The notes beneath the pieces are model-generated. The model saw nothing but the letters and a program-made list of their open reading frames with translations. It made no database searches and was not told where the DNA came from. A stretch of 20,757 bases of DNA. Source: an uncultured virus (IMG/VR IMGVR_UViG_3300005673_000046) (Duplodnaviria; Heunggongvirae; Uroviricota; Caudoviricetes). Positions 1 to 6,390 of this stretch are shown piece after piece. Location: the IMG/VR virus record IMGVR_UViG_3300005673_000046, one strand, 5' to 3'. Position 1 is the first letter of the stretch, and every line of letters starts with the position of its first letter. Position numbers and translations under genes: made by a program.

Positions 1-247
1 CCGCATGCTCGGCGCGGCGGGTGGCGCGCTCGTAGCAGGCCTGGCCGGCCTGTTGGCTGACCTGCTCCAGCGCCACGCACTGCGCCCAGGACTCCAGCAT
101 GTCGGCTGCCAGGCTGTTCTGTTGTGCCTGCAGCGCCCGAATGCGTGCCTCGCGCTCCTCATCGGCCGATGGCTGCACCAGCAGATGCGTCCCGTAGACC
201 AGCGCCAGCAGCGCGGCCGCGGCGACGGCAATGCTTCGCGGCTTCAT
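1..247 (-). CDS. Hypothetical exported/membrane-anchored protein (3' end runs off window)
   Basis: Not in the ORF track; translated by hand: MKPRSIAVAAAALLALVYGTHLLVQPSADEEREARIRALQAQQ... It has a basic N-terminus plus a hydrophobic stretch, a GGGGAG RBS just upstream on the minus strand, and no stop before base 1. Confidence 0.6.
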   Translation of the reverse strand, partial: MKPRSIAVAAAALLALVYGTHLLVQPSADEEREARIRALQAQQNSLAADMLESWAQCVALEQVSQQAGQACYERATRRAEHA

Positions 248-529
248 GCCCTGCTCCCCTGTCTCAGCCGCTCAGGACGCACACACAGCGACGGCAAGCT
301 CATCGAGCTGCCGACCCTGCGAGTAGGCGCCGCCACGGCTGATGGTCTTCGGCGGCTGGCCGCGGCCGAGGGCATGCCCCTGGCCGAGTTCGTTCGGACG
401 CTGTTGGATGCGCGGGTGTTCGGTGCGGCTCATGTCGAAAGCCTAGCCGTCGATCGCATCCGGCGGGTGGTCGGAACCGGGGCCGCAAAAGGCCCGATTC
501 CGGGGTCGCACTGGGAGGTGCGTCGATGA
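185..529 (+). CDS. Putative phage transcriptional regulator (cII position, ribbon-helix-helix-like); start uncertain
   Basis: The C-terminal part LPTLRVGAATADGLRRLAAAEGMPLAEFVRTLL fits a strand-helix-helix pattern. It is ATGA-coupled to the next gene. The annotated start at 5 overlaps the minus-strand gene; ATG 185 is a nearer in-frame option. Confidence 0.55.
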   Translation: MRPVDQRQQRGRGDGNASRLHALLPCLSRSGRTHSDGKLIELPTLRVGAATADGLRRLAAAEGMPLAEFVRTLLDARVFGAAHVESLAVDRIRRVVGTGAAKGPIPGSHWEVRR

Positions 530-873
530 GCCTGGGGGTGGAGTCCGTCGCCACCGGCATCGAACTCAAGCGCGCCGGCCAGCAGCTCGCGCTGGACTTC
601 TCCGGCTCCTGGGCCGAGGAGGTCGTCATGGAGTTCCGCGGCTGGGCGGCCATCGAGAAAGCCCGCGGCCTGGAGCGCACCACGATCGAGCGGTTCCGCG
701 CCACGGCGCGCCACCAGCCGCCGTCGCACAAGGCGTGGGGCGCGCTGCCGCGCCTGCTCGTCGAGGCCGGGCTGATCGAGCCGGTGCTCGATGACACCGG
801 CCAGCCGGTCTACCGGCGCGCGGCTTCACCCAAGACCCACGCGCATCCGGTGCGCCTGTGGAGGCTGCGCTGA
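526..873 (+). CDS. Phage hypothetical protein (possible winged-helix DNA binder)
   Basis: 115 aa, GC3-rich codons, coupled on both sides; motif PPSHKAWGAL...AGLI...HAHPVRLW. Confidence 0.75.
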   Translation: MSLGVESVATGIELKRAGQQLALDFSGSWAEEVVMEFRGWAAIEKARGLERTTIERFRATARHQPPSHKAWGALPRLLVEAGLIEPVLDDTGQPVYRRAASPKTHAHPVRLWRLR

Positions 874-1802
874 TGGGGGCCAAACTCATCCGCCAGGACA
901 TCCTGGAGTCCGAGCGCGTGGCCAAGCTGCCCATGGAAGGGCGCTGGCTGTTCCTGGCCATCCTGCTGACGGCCGACGACCTGGGCCTGTTCGAGGCCAC
1001 GACGCACCGGCTGCACAAGAAGTCCGACCTCAAGCACGAGCACATCGAGCGGCTGCTGCCCATCCTGGCCGACCTCGACCTGATCCGACTGTACCCCGGG
1101 CCCGGCGCCAGAGTCTTCGGGTTCATCCCCCGCTACGGCCAACGTCTGCGGGTCCGGCGCGTCCGATTCCCCCTCCCGCCCATCGAACTGCTGGCCGGAG
1201 ACGAGGACGCCATCAAGAAATTCAACAACTTAGTCGCCGAACTCGCTGACAAATGCGGCGGATTGCAGCATTCCGCCGCAACGCGCGGCGAAGTGCGGCC
1301 TGAACCTGAACCTGAACCTGAACCTGAACCTGAACCTCCTAACGGAGGAATACCAACCACAGGTTCGCTTCGCTCACCTGTGGTCGTCGCCGGAGCTGGC
1401 GCTCCGGGCGACCAGACCGGGGTAATCCCGAAGACCACGGACCCGGCCAAGCCGTGGCTGGCGGTGGCTGAACGGTGCCCGCACCAGAAGCTCGTTGCGC
1501 TGTACCACGAGCTGCTGCCGACGCTGGACCGCGTCGCGCGCTGGGACGACCGCCGCCAGGCGTTTTCCCGCGGACGCTGGCGCGAGGTGGCCATCGAACG
1601 GCGCTGGCGGGACGAGGAGGAGGGGCTGCGGTACTTCGCCCGGTTCTTCCGCTACGTGGCCACCTGCCCGCACCTGATGGGCAAGAGCCCACCGCAGACG
1701 CCGGGCGGTCCGCCGTTCCAGGCCACGCTGGAGTGGCTGCTGCGGCCGACCAACTTCGTGAAGGTCGTCGAGGGCTTCTACGCCCCGAAGGAACGCACAT
1801 GA
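873..1802 (+). CDS. Phage replication initiator protein (lambda O analogue)
   Basis: TGATG overlap at 871-875. N-terminal RWLFLAILLTADDLG, central (PE)n linker and C-terminal CPHQKLVALYHELLP...ATLEWLLRPTNFVKVVEG, an architecture typical of phage replication proteins. Confidence 0.8.
   Translation: MGAKLIRQDILESERVAKLPMEGRWLFLAILLTADDLGLFEATTHRLHKKSDLKHEHIERLLPILADLDLIRLYPGPGARVFGFIPRYGQRLRVRRVRFPLPPIELLAGDEDAIKKFNNLVAELADKCGGLQHSAATRGEVRPEPEPEPEPEPEPPNGGIPTTGSLRSPVVVAGAGAPGDQTGVIPKTTDPAKPWLAVAERCPHQKLVALYHELLPTLDRVARWDDRRQAFSRGRWREVAIERRWRDEEEGLRYFARFFRYVATCPHLMGKSPPQTPGGPPFQATLEWLLRPTNFVKVVEGFYAPKERT
1299..1334 (+). repeat. Perfect tandem repeat (CCTGAA)x6 encoding a Pro-Glu linker
   Basis: Read directly from the sequence. 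Confidence 0.97.
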
Positions 1803-2233
1803 GCAGAGGTTTCAACCCCGACACCGACGACGAGCCGGCCGGTAGTGCGCCGCCGTCGACCCTGCGCTGCAATGCCCACGGTTGCCCGCACCGCAGGACG
1901 GTGCGCACCGAGCTGGGCCAGCTGTGCAGCGCGCACGCCGCGGCGCCGCCGCACGAATGGCCGGCGCTGACGGCGCATCTGCAGCACCTGGCCGAGCGCG
2001 GCCAGCGCGCGGCGCCGCCGCCGGCGGCGCGTGCCGTGATTCACGACCCGGAGCGGCTGCGCCGTGCCGCGGCAGTGCTGCAGGCGCGCATGAGCGGCGC
2101 CGCAGGTAGCCGCGAATGGGCCTACCGGCTGCGTGAGCGCGAACAGCGCGGCGAGCGGCTGTCCAAGGCGCAGCGCGACGCCTGGCGGGCCGCCATACCG
2201 CGGTCCCTGGACCACGAAGCACAGGAGGCCTGA
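1799..2233 (+). CDS. Hypothetical protein at the helicase-loader (P-like) position, with Cys/His motif
   Basis: ATGA overlap 1799-1802; MSRGFNPD...CNAHGCP...LCSAH...REWAYRLREREQRGE. Function inferred from position only. Confidence 0.65.
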   Translation: MSRGFNPDTDDEPAGSAPPSTLRCNAHGCPHRRTVRTELGQLCSAHAAAPPHEWPALTAHLQHLAERGQRAAPPPAARAVIHDPERLRRAAAVLQARMSGAAGSREWAYRLREREQRGERLSKAQRDAWRAAIPRSLDHEAQEA

Positions 2234-2236
2234 GCC

Positions 2237-2539
2237 ATGCCCCGCGCCGCCAGCACGCCCTTCAACACCTACCGGCCGCCCGAACCGGCGCCGCACACGA
2301 TGCCAGGCTGGAGCGCGGCCGAGAACGCGCGCCGCGCGAAGCGCAAGGCGCTGCGCCTGGAGCCGGATGCACCGCGGGTGCCCAGCGAACCGTGCTTCAC
2401 GGTCTGCCCGACGCCCAGCCGCGAGGTCGTCCTGCCGCCGGGCTACGTGAGCCAGCTCAACCCCGCCGACTGCCGCCCGTGGGCGGCGGCCGCTACCACC
2501 CGAGGAGAACCCGATGAAGCCCCCCGTCAGCGCCGCTGA
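2237..2539 (+). CDS. Phage hypothetical protein
   Basis: GGAGG RBS upstream, 100 aa, fits the operon. Confidence 0.6.
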   Translation: MPRAASTPFNTYRPPEPAPHTMPGWSAAENARRAKRKALRLEPDAPRVPSEPCFTVCPTPSREVVLPPGYVSQLNPADCRPWAAAATTRGEPDEAPRQRR

Positions 2540-2804
2540 GGCCATGGAGTCGGCCCGCGTCGAGCGCGTGCGCGCCGCGCGCGCCATCAAGCATCCCGTC
2601 CAGCTCGAAGCCAACTACTACGGCCCGTGGATGAAGCTGGCCGAGTTCGACGCCGCCGACGACTTGGCCTTCAGCACCTGCCGCCAGGCCTGCGAACTGC
2701 TGGCGTCGGTCGACAAGGCGGCCGCGTTCCGCTTCTCGACGGCGGCCGCACCGCGCCGGGTTCTGGCGACCTACACCCTCAAGACCGGCTGGCAGGAGGC
2801 GTGA
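2514..2804 (+). CDS. Phage hypothetical protein
   Basis: GAGGAG RBS, GC3-rich codons, abuts the next ORF. Confidence 0.7.
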   Translation: MKPPVSAAEAMESARVERVRAARAIKHPVQLEANYYGPWMKLAEFDAADDLAFSTCRQACELLASVDKAAAFRFSTAAAPRRVLATYTLKTGWQEA

Positions 2805-3167
2805 ATGGCCTTCCGCGTCCCTGACCAGTTCCGCGTCACACGCGGCCGCCTGGGCACCGAGCGCGGCTCCGGCAACAACGGCGCCTTCGTCCTCCCGGCG
2901 CCACCGCGGTCGCTGTCGAATGCACGGCTCCACTGCATCGCCACCGACAACTTCGGCTGGGAGCACGTCAGCGTCACGCTGAGCGCGCCGCGCATCCCGA
3001 CCTGGGCAGAGATGTGCTACGTCAAGAGCGTCTTCTGGGAGCCCGAGGACACGGTGCTGCAGATCCACCCGGCCGAGTCGGAGTACGTGGATCTGCACCC
3101 TCACTGCCTGCACCTGTGGCGACCGATCGGCACCAGCTTCCCGGTGCCGCCGACGTTCCTGGTCTGA
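2805..3167 (+). CDS. Conserved phage protein (DUF7694-like)
   Basis: Motif WEHVSV...PTWAEMCYVKSVFW...QIHPAESEYVDLHPHCLHLWRP. Confidence 0.75.
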   Translation: MAFRVPDQFRVTRGRLGTERGSGNNGAFVLPAPPRSLSNARLHCIATDNFGWEHVSVTLSAPRIPTWAEMCYVKSVFWEPEDTVLQIHPAESEYVDLHPHCLHLWRPIGTSFPVPPTFLV

Positions 3168-3170
3168 GCC

Positions 3171-3701
3171 GTGGAAATCCAGCTCGTGCGCCGCGCCGAT
3201 GTCGTCCTCTCCGAGGAGGACAAGGCCGCGCTGCGTCGGCTGGTCACGACCATCGTGTGCGGGCTGGGCGAGGCCAACCAGCGGGCCTGGCTGCGGCTGT
3301 GGGCCCGGATGTGGCGCATGGAGCCCGGCGAAGTCCAGACGATCTGGACGCACAAGGAGCGCCTGGGCTGGTTCCACCGCAAGCACATGGCCCTGGAGAC
3401 GAGGGTCTTCGAGGGGCAGGAGCGGTTCGAGTCCTTCGAGTCCTTCCGCGACTGGCTCAAGATCGGCGCTGGCCACGTCGAATGGCATGCCGGCCCGCGC
3501 GGCGGCATCGTGCCCATCCCGAAGTCGATCAGCTACGCGAGGCTGGGGCAGGACGAGATGGAGGAGTTCCACGCGGCGGCCGTGGCCTTCCTGCGCACCG
3601 AGCGCGCCGCCAAGTGGCTGTGGCCGCGCATGCCGGCCGCGCAGCGTCAGGGTGCGATGGACGCGATCCTGGGCGCGTTCGGCGCCTTCGGGGAAGGCTG
3701 A
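3171..3701 (+). CDS. DUF1367-like nin-region protein
   Basis: Motifs FHRKHMAL, FESFRDWLKIGAG and PKSISYARLGQDEMEEF. Confidence 0.75.
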   Translation: MEIQLVRRADVVLSEEDKAALRRLVTTIVCGLGEANQRAWLRLWARMWRMEPGEVQTIWTHKERLGWFHRKHMALETRVFEGQERFESFESFRDWLKIGAGHVEWHAGPRGGIVPIPKSISYARLGQDEMEEFHAAAVAFLRTERAAKWLWPRMPAAQRQGAMDAILGAFGAFGEG

Positions 3702-3710
3702 TGCAACCCG

Positions 3711-3995
3711 ATGCAGTCCAGGAACAAGCCCTCGATGACTCGCGCGGAGCGCGAGCACGTCGAGCGGGTGAAGTTGCTGCCGTGCTCGGTGTGCGACACC
3801 GGCGGCGGCTACTCGGCGCCGAGCGAGGCGCACGAAATCGAGCAAGGCATGTGGTGGTTGTCAGTCGCGCTGTGCGCGGAGTGCCACCGCGGCAGCGTGC
3901 TCGGATGGCACGGCCAGCGCCGTATCTGGGCGATCAAGAAGATGACCATGCTCGATGCCCTGGCGGTGACGATCCGCCGGCTCATGGGCTACTGA
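3711..3995 (+). CDS. Ref-family/HNH-like zinc-binding nuclease
   Basis: CSVC...HEI...LCAECHRG...GWHG pattern, in a nin-region context. Confidence 0.7.
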   Translation: MQSRNKPSMTRAEREHVERVKLLPCSVCDTGGGYSAPSEAHEIEQGMWWLSVALCAECHRGSVLGWHGQRRIWAIKKMTMLDALAVTIRRLMGY

Positions 3996-4043
3996 TGACG
4001 GCATGCCGGCAGCCGACGATGCCGGCGACACAGGAGAGGCACC

Positions 4044-4151
4044 ATGCCCACCAAGACCGCCCCGATGAAGAACGCCAAGCCCAAGCCCGGCCAGAAGCCG
4101 CCGCCGGCCAAGGAGAGCAAGGCCGAGAAGCGCCGCGGAAAGGCCTGCTGA
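4044..4151 (+). CDS. Small Lys/Pro-rich basic peptide (35 aa)
   Basis: AGGAGAGG RBS; MPTKTAPMKNAKPKPGQKPPPAKESKAEKRRGKAC; GC3-rich codons; fills the gap before the Q-like gene. Confidence 0.65.
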   Translation: MPTKTAPMKNAKPKPGQKPPPAKESKAEKRRGKAC

Positions 4152-4161
4152 AGGTCGCGCG

Positions 4162-4770
4162 ATGACCGTGCCGGGCGATCGCCCCACCATCCCAGAGCGG
4201 TATGCGCGCGCACTGGAGTCCTCGCATCTGGAAGCCACGCCAGAGCGCCAGGGCGACGTGGACGTGCTCATCGCCGCGGGGTGGGCCAAGGATTCGCTCG
4301 GCACGGCCCTGTACCGACTGCGCGCGGAGTACGACGCGGTGAACAAGCGCGAGCTCGCACTGGTCGCCAACAGCCGCATCGCGCGCGCCATCGTGATGTC
4401 GCAGCTGCAGTCGCTGCAGCCGACGAAGCTGCGCCTGACCGCCTACGCGCTCAAGCAGGCCACCATCAACCGCGTGATGCTCAACGACGCCGACGTCATG
4501 CGCATTGCCGCGGCCGCGCTGGCGCACTGGATCGACGATCGCTGCCCGGCCTGCACGGGCCGCGGGTTCAGCGGCGGCGCTGGCCAGCCCATCGTGCTGT
4601 GCTCTCTGTGCCGCGGCACCGGCACGCAGCGCCTGAGCGGGAGCCGATCCAAGCGCCTCGGCCAGAACAACACCGAACACCAATTCGGCGCTCTGCTGCT
4701 GGAGCGCATGGACCGAAAGACCGCCTGGGTCGCAAGCACCATGGCCCGCTGGCTGCGGAGGTTCGCGTGA
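4162..4770 (+). CDS. Antitermination Q-like protein with zinc finger
   Basis: CPACTGRG...CSLCRGTG zinc finger, about 200 aa, located after nin-like genes as lambda Q is. Confidence 0.7.
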   Translation: MTVPGDRPTIPERYARALESSHLEATPERQGDVDVLIAAGWAKDSLGTALYRLRAEYDAVNKRELALVANSRIARAIVMSQLQSLQPTKLRLTAYALKQATINRVMLNDADVMRIAAAALAHWIDDRCPACTGRGFSGGAGQPIVLCSLCRGTGTQRLSGSRSKRLGQNNTEHQFGALLLERMDRKTAWVASTMARWLRRFA

Positions 4771-4988
4771 GCGACGACCTGGTGCCCGCCGCGGTGATCG
4801 AGAGGATGACCGGCTATCGCCAGCCGGCCGCCCAGCTCGCCGAGCTGCACCGGCAGGGCTTCTGGCGGGCTCGTCGCCTTCGCACCACCGGCAAGGTCGT
4901 GCTCGAGCGGCCGCACTTCGAGGCCGTGAGCAGCGGCGCAGACGCGCAGTTCGGCCGCACGCGCCAGCCGAAACTGGCCCCACCGTAA
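4767..4988 (+). CDS. DUF4224-like small DNA-binding (excisionase-like) protein
   Basis: GTGA overlap; IERMTGYRQPAAQLAELHRQG...GKVVLERPHFEAV...PKL. Confidence 0.7.
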   Translation: MSDDLVPAAVIERMTGYRQPAAQLAELHRQGFWRARRLRTTGKVVLERPHFEAVSSGADAQFGRTRQPKLAPP

Positions 4989-4998
4989 GGAGACGAAT

Positions 4999-5505
4999 GT
5001 GCTCAGCGCATCCCGCGCCGAACAGATTGAGCGCGGCCTCAACGAGATGGCCAAGCGCGTGCTGCGATCCGTTCCGGTCAACGAGACGTGGACCACACAC
5101 CAGATCGACCAGGACTTGCGTCGCGCCGGCAGCCGAGCCGACCGTGACGTCATCCTGGGATGCCTGGGCCGCCTCGTGAAGGCCGGGCTGATCGACGAAC
5201 CAGGCCCGGGTCACTTCCGACGCCGCAAAGTCCGTCCACCGTACATCACCGAAGTCACGAAGCCCAGCGCACAACCACAAGGAGACGTCATCGTGCCTGA
5301 CGCAACGCCGCACGCCGCGGAACGAGCATCGACCCTGGATCAGCTCGCAAAGGTCGCCTCCGAGCTGCGCGCTGCCGCGGCGCGCCTGGAGGAGATGGCG
5401 CGCGACATCGACGACCTGGCCGTCGAGATCGTCGAGGCGCAGGAGAAGACCAGCGCCGACGTGGTCAAGCTGCGCCAACTGCAGGCGCTTCTCAAGAACC
5501 TGTGA
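4999..5505 (+). CDS. Hypothetical protein, N-terminal winged-helix-like domain plus C-terminal coiled coil
   Basis: TAAGGAG RBS; ILGCLGRLVKAGLIDEPGPGHFRR followed by a heptad-rich tail. Confidence 0.75.
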   Translation: MLSASRAEQIERGLNEMAKRVLRSVPVNETWTTHQIDQDLRRAGSRADRDVILGCLGRLVKAGLIDEPGPGHFRRRKVRPPYITEVTKPSAQPQGDVIVPDATPHAAERASTLDQLAKVASELRAAAARLEEMARDIDDLAVEIVEAQEKTSADVVKLRQLQALLKNL

Positions 5506-5585
5506 CCCTGGAGAAGACGATGCACACACCCACGATCAAGCACTACCGCGTCACCGTCTGGGCCGCTGGCCCCGGAGCGTGAAGC

Positions 5586-5765
5586 ATGGGAACGACGACG
5601 GTATGGGTGCTGGTGTTCTTCATCGGCGGATGGACGCACAACGGAGGGCCTGCGGTGGTTGACAACATTGCTAGCGCGCAAGAGTGCGAGAAGCTGGCGC
5701 AGGCGATCCAAGACATTCGCGGCGAGGCGCGCTATCGGTGTGTGCCGGTGGCGAAGGTGAAGTAG
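5586..5765 (+). CDS. Small hypothetical protein (59 aa), cassette-like gene A
   Basis: Translated by hand: MGTTTVWVLVFFIGGWTHNGGPAVVDNIASAQECEKLAQAIQDIRGEARYRCVPVAKVK. GGAG RBS at 5574-5577; the stop is 2 nt before attC-like site 1. Confidence 0.7.
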   Translation: MGTTTVWVLVFFIGGWTHNGGPAVVDNIASAQECEKLAQAIQDIRGEARYRCVPVAKVK

Positions 5766-5767
5766 CG

Positions 5768-5830
5768 GCCCAACGTTGCCGGTAAGCGGCCGGGCCGCCA
5801 GGCCTGGTCCGCTTGACTGGCGGGTTGGGC
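5768..5830 (-). other. Integron attC-like recombination site 1 (63 bp)
   Basis: Minus strand reads GCCCAAC-ccgcc-AGTCAAGC-ggaccaggcc-tggc-ggcccggcc-GCTTACC-ggcaac-GTTGGGC. This gives RYYYAAC/GTTRRRY ends, 5 and 6 nt spacers, 8/7 nt L boxes and two unpaired bases (+ strand G5815, T5808). Confidence 0.88.
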
Positions 5831-5859
5831 GGCTGGTGGAGAAACGAGAAGGAGCATGC

Positions 5860-6057
5860 ATGCACACAGCACCGATGTCAGACAGCCAAGGCGAGTTCGC
5901 CGAGTTCAAGACCCAGCCCGACGTGCCTTGCCGCAAGTGCGGCGTGCACGCGGTGAGCATGCGCGAGTGGGAAAGCTCGTGCGGCGGCTGGGAAGACTAC
6001 CAGTACAAGTGCCACCACTGCGGCCATACGTGGTGGGTGGAAGGAATCGACGCATGA
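5860..6057 (+). CDS. Small zinc-ribbon protein (65 aa), cassette-like gene B1
   Basis: GAAGGAG RBS; CRKC...CHHCGHTW. Confidence 0.75.
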   Translation: MHTAPMSDSQGEFAEFKTQPDVPCRKCGVHAVSMREWESSCGGWEDYQYKCHHCGHTWWVEGIDA

Positions 6058-6281
6058 CGTACTGGTGGCTCGTTGAGAACTTCACTGCCGAAGGGCATTC
6101 CACCGGGCTCTATATGGCGTGCCAAGTGAACATGACCCTGACCGCCGACGTGCACAAGGCTCGCAAGTTCCGCCGCCAACGCACGGCCGAGTTCCGTGCG
6201 CTGGACATGCGTGACGCGAGGCGCGGCGACTGGCGGGCCGTGGAGCACGGCTTCGACGACAGCAAGACGCCCAACGGATAG
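6054..6281 (+). CDS. Small hypothetical protein (75 aa), cassette-like gene B2
   Basis: ATGA overlap with B1; MTYWWLVENF...AVEHGFDDSKTPNG; stops inside attC-like site 2. Confidence 0.7.
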   Translation: MTYWWLVENFTAEGHSTGLYMACQVNMTLTADVHKARKFRRQRTAEFRALDMRDARRGDWRAVEHGFDDSKTPNG

Positions 6282-6323
6282 TTGACCTGCGCCGCAGGCG
6301 TCAGGTCCAACGCAGGGTTGGAC
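6269..6323 (-). other. Integron attC-like recombination site 2 (55 bp)
   Basis: Minus strand reads GTCCAAC-cctgc-GTTGGACC-tgacgcc-tgc-ggcgca-GGTCAAC-tatcc-GTTGGGC. Same box structure and same two-bulge asymmetry as site 1; the second spacer is 5 rather than 6 nt. Confidence 0.78.
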
Positions 6324-6340
6324 CGGCGCCGCGCGCGTCG

Positions 6341-6383
6341 CAAACCGGTTTGGCTGCCCAGCAGGCCGGGGCGCCGCCACAGT
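6341..6383 (+). promoter_or_regulatory. Candidate activator-dependent late promoter (Mor/C-type site plus -10-like hexamer)
   Basis: Perfect 12-bp palindrome CAAACCGGTTTG (6341-6352); CACAGT at 6378-6383, 7 nt before ATG 6391. Mu has a C-dependent promoter upstream of gene I. Confidence 0.5.
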
Positions 6384-6390
6384 GCACGCC

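Larger units (their letters stand above)
1..5505 (+). mobile_element. Lambdoid-type prophage early/replication region (left end outside window)
   Basis: Tightly coupled + strand ORFs (ATGA/TGATG/GTGA overlaps) in the order regulator, replication initiator, nin-like genes, Ref-like nuclease, Q-like protein. Confidence 0.85.

Noticed and set aside
5768..5830. attC-like hairpins as simple intrinsic terminators
   Set aside because: No U-tract on either strand; the conserved AAC/GTT ends and positioned bulges fit attC better.
5671..5865. Minus-strand ORFs (5671-5865, 6110-6343) as the true cassette genes
   Set aside because: They read through the attC-like hairpins themselves, whereas the plus-strand ORFs have RBSs, translational coupling and protein-like motifs.
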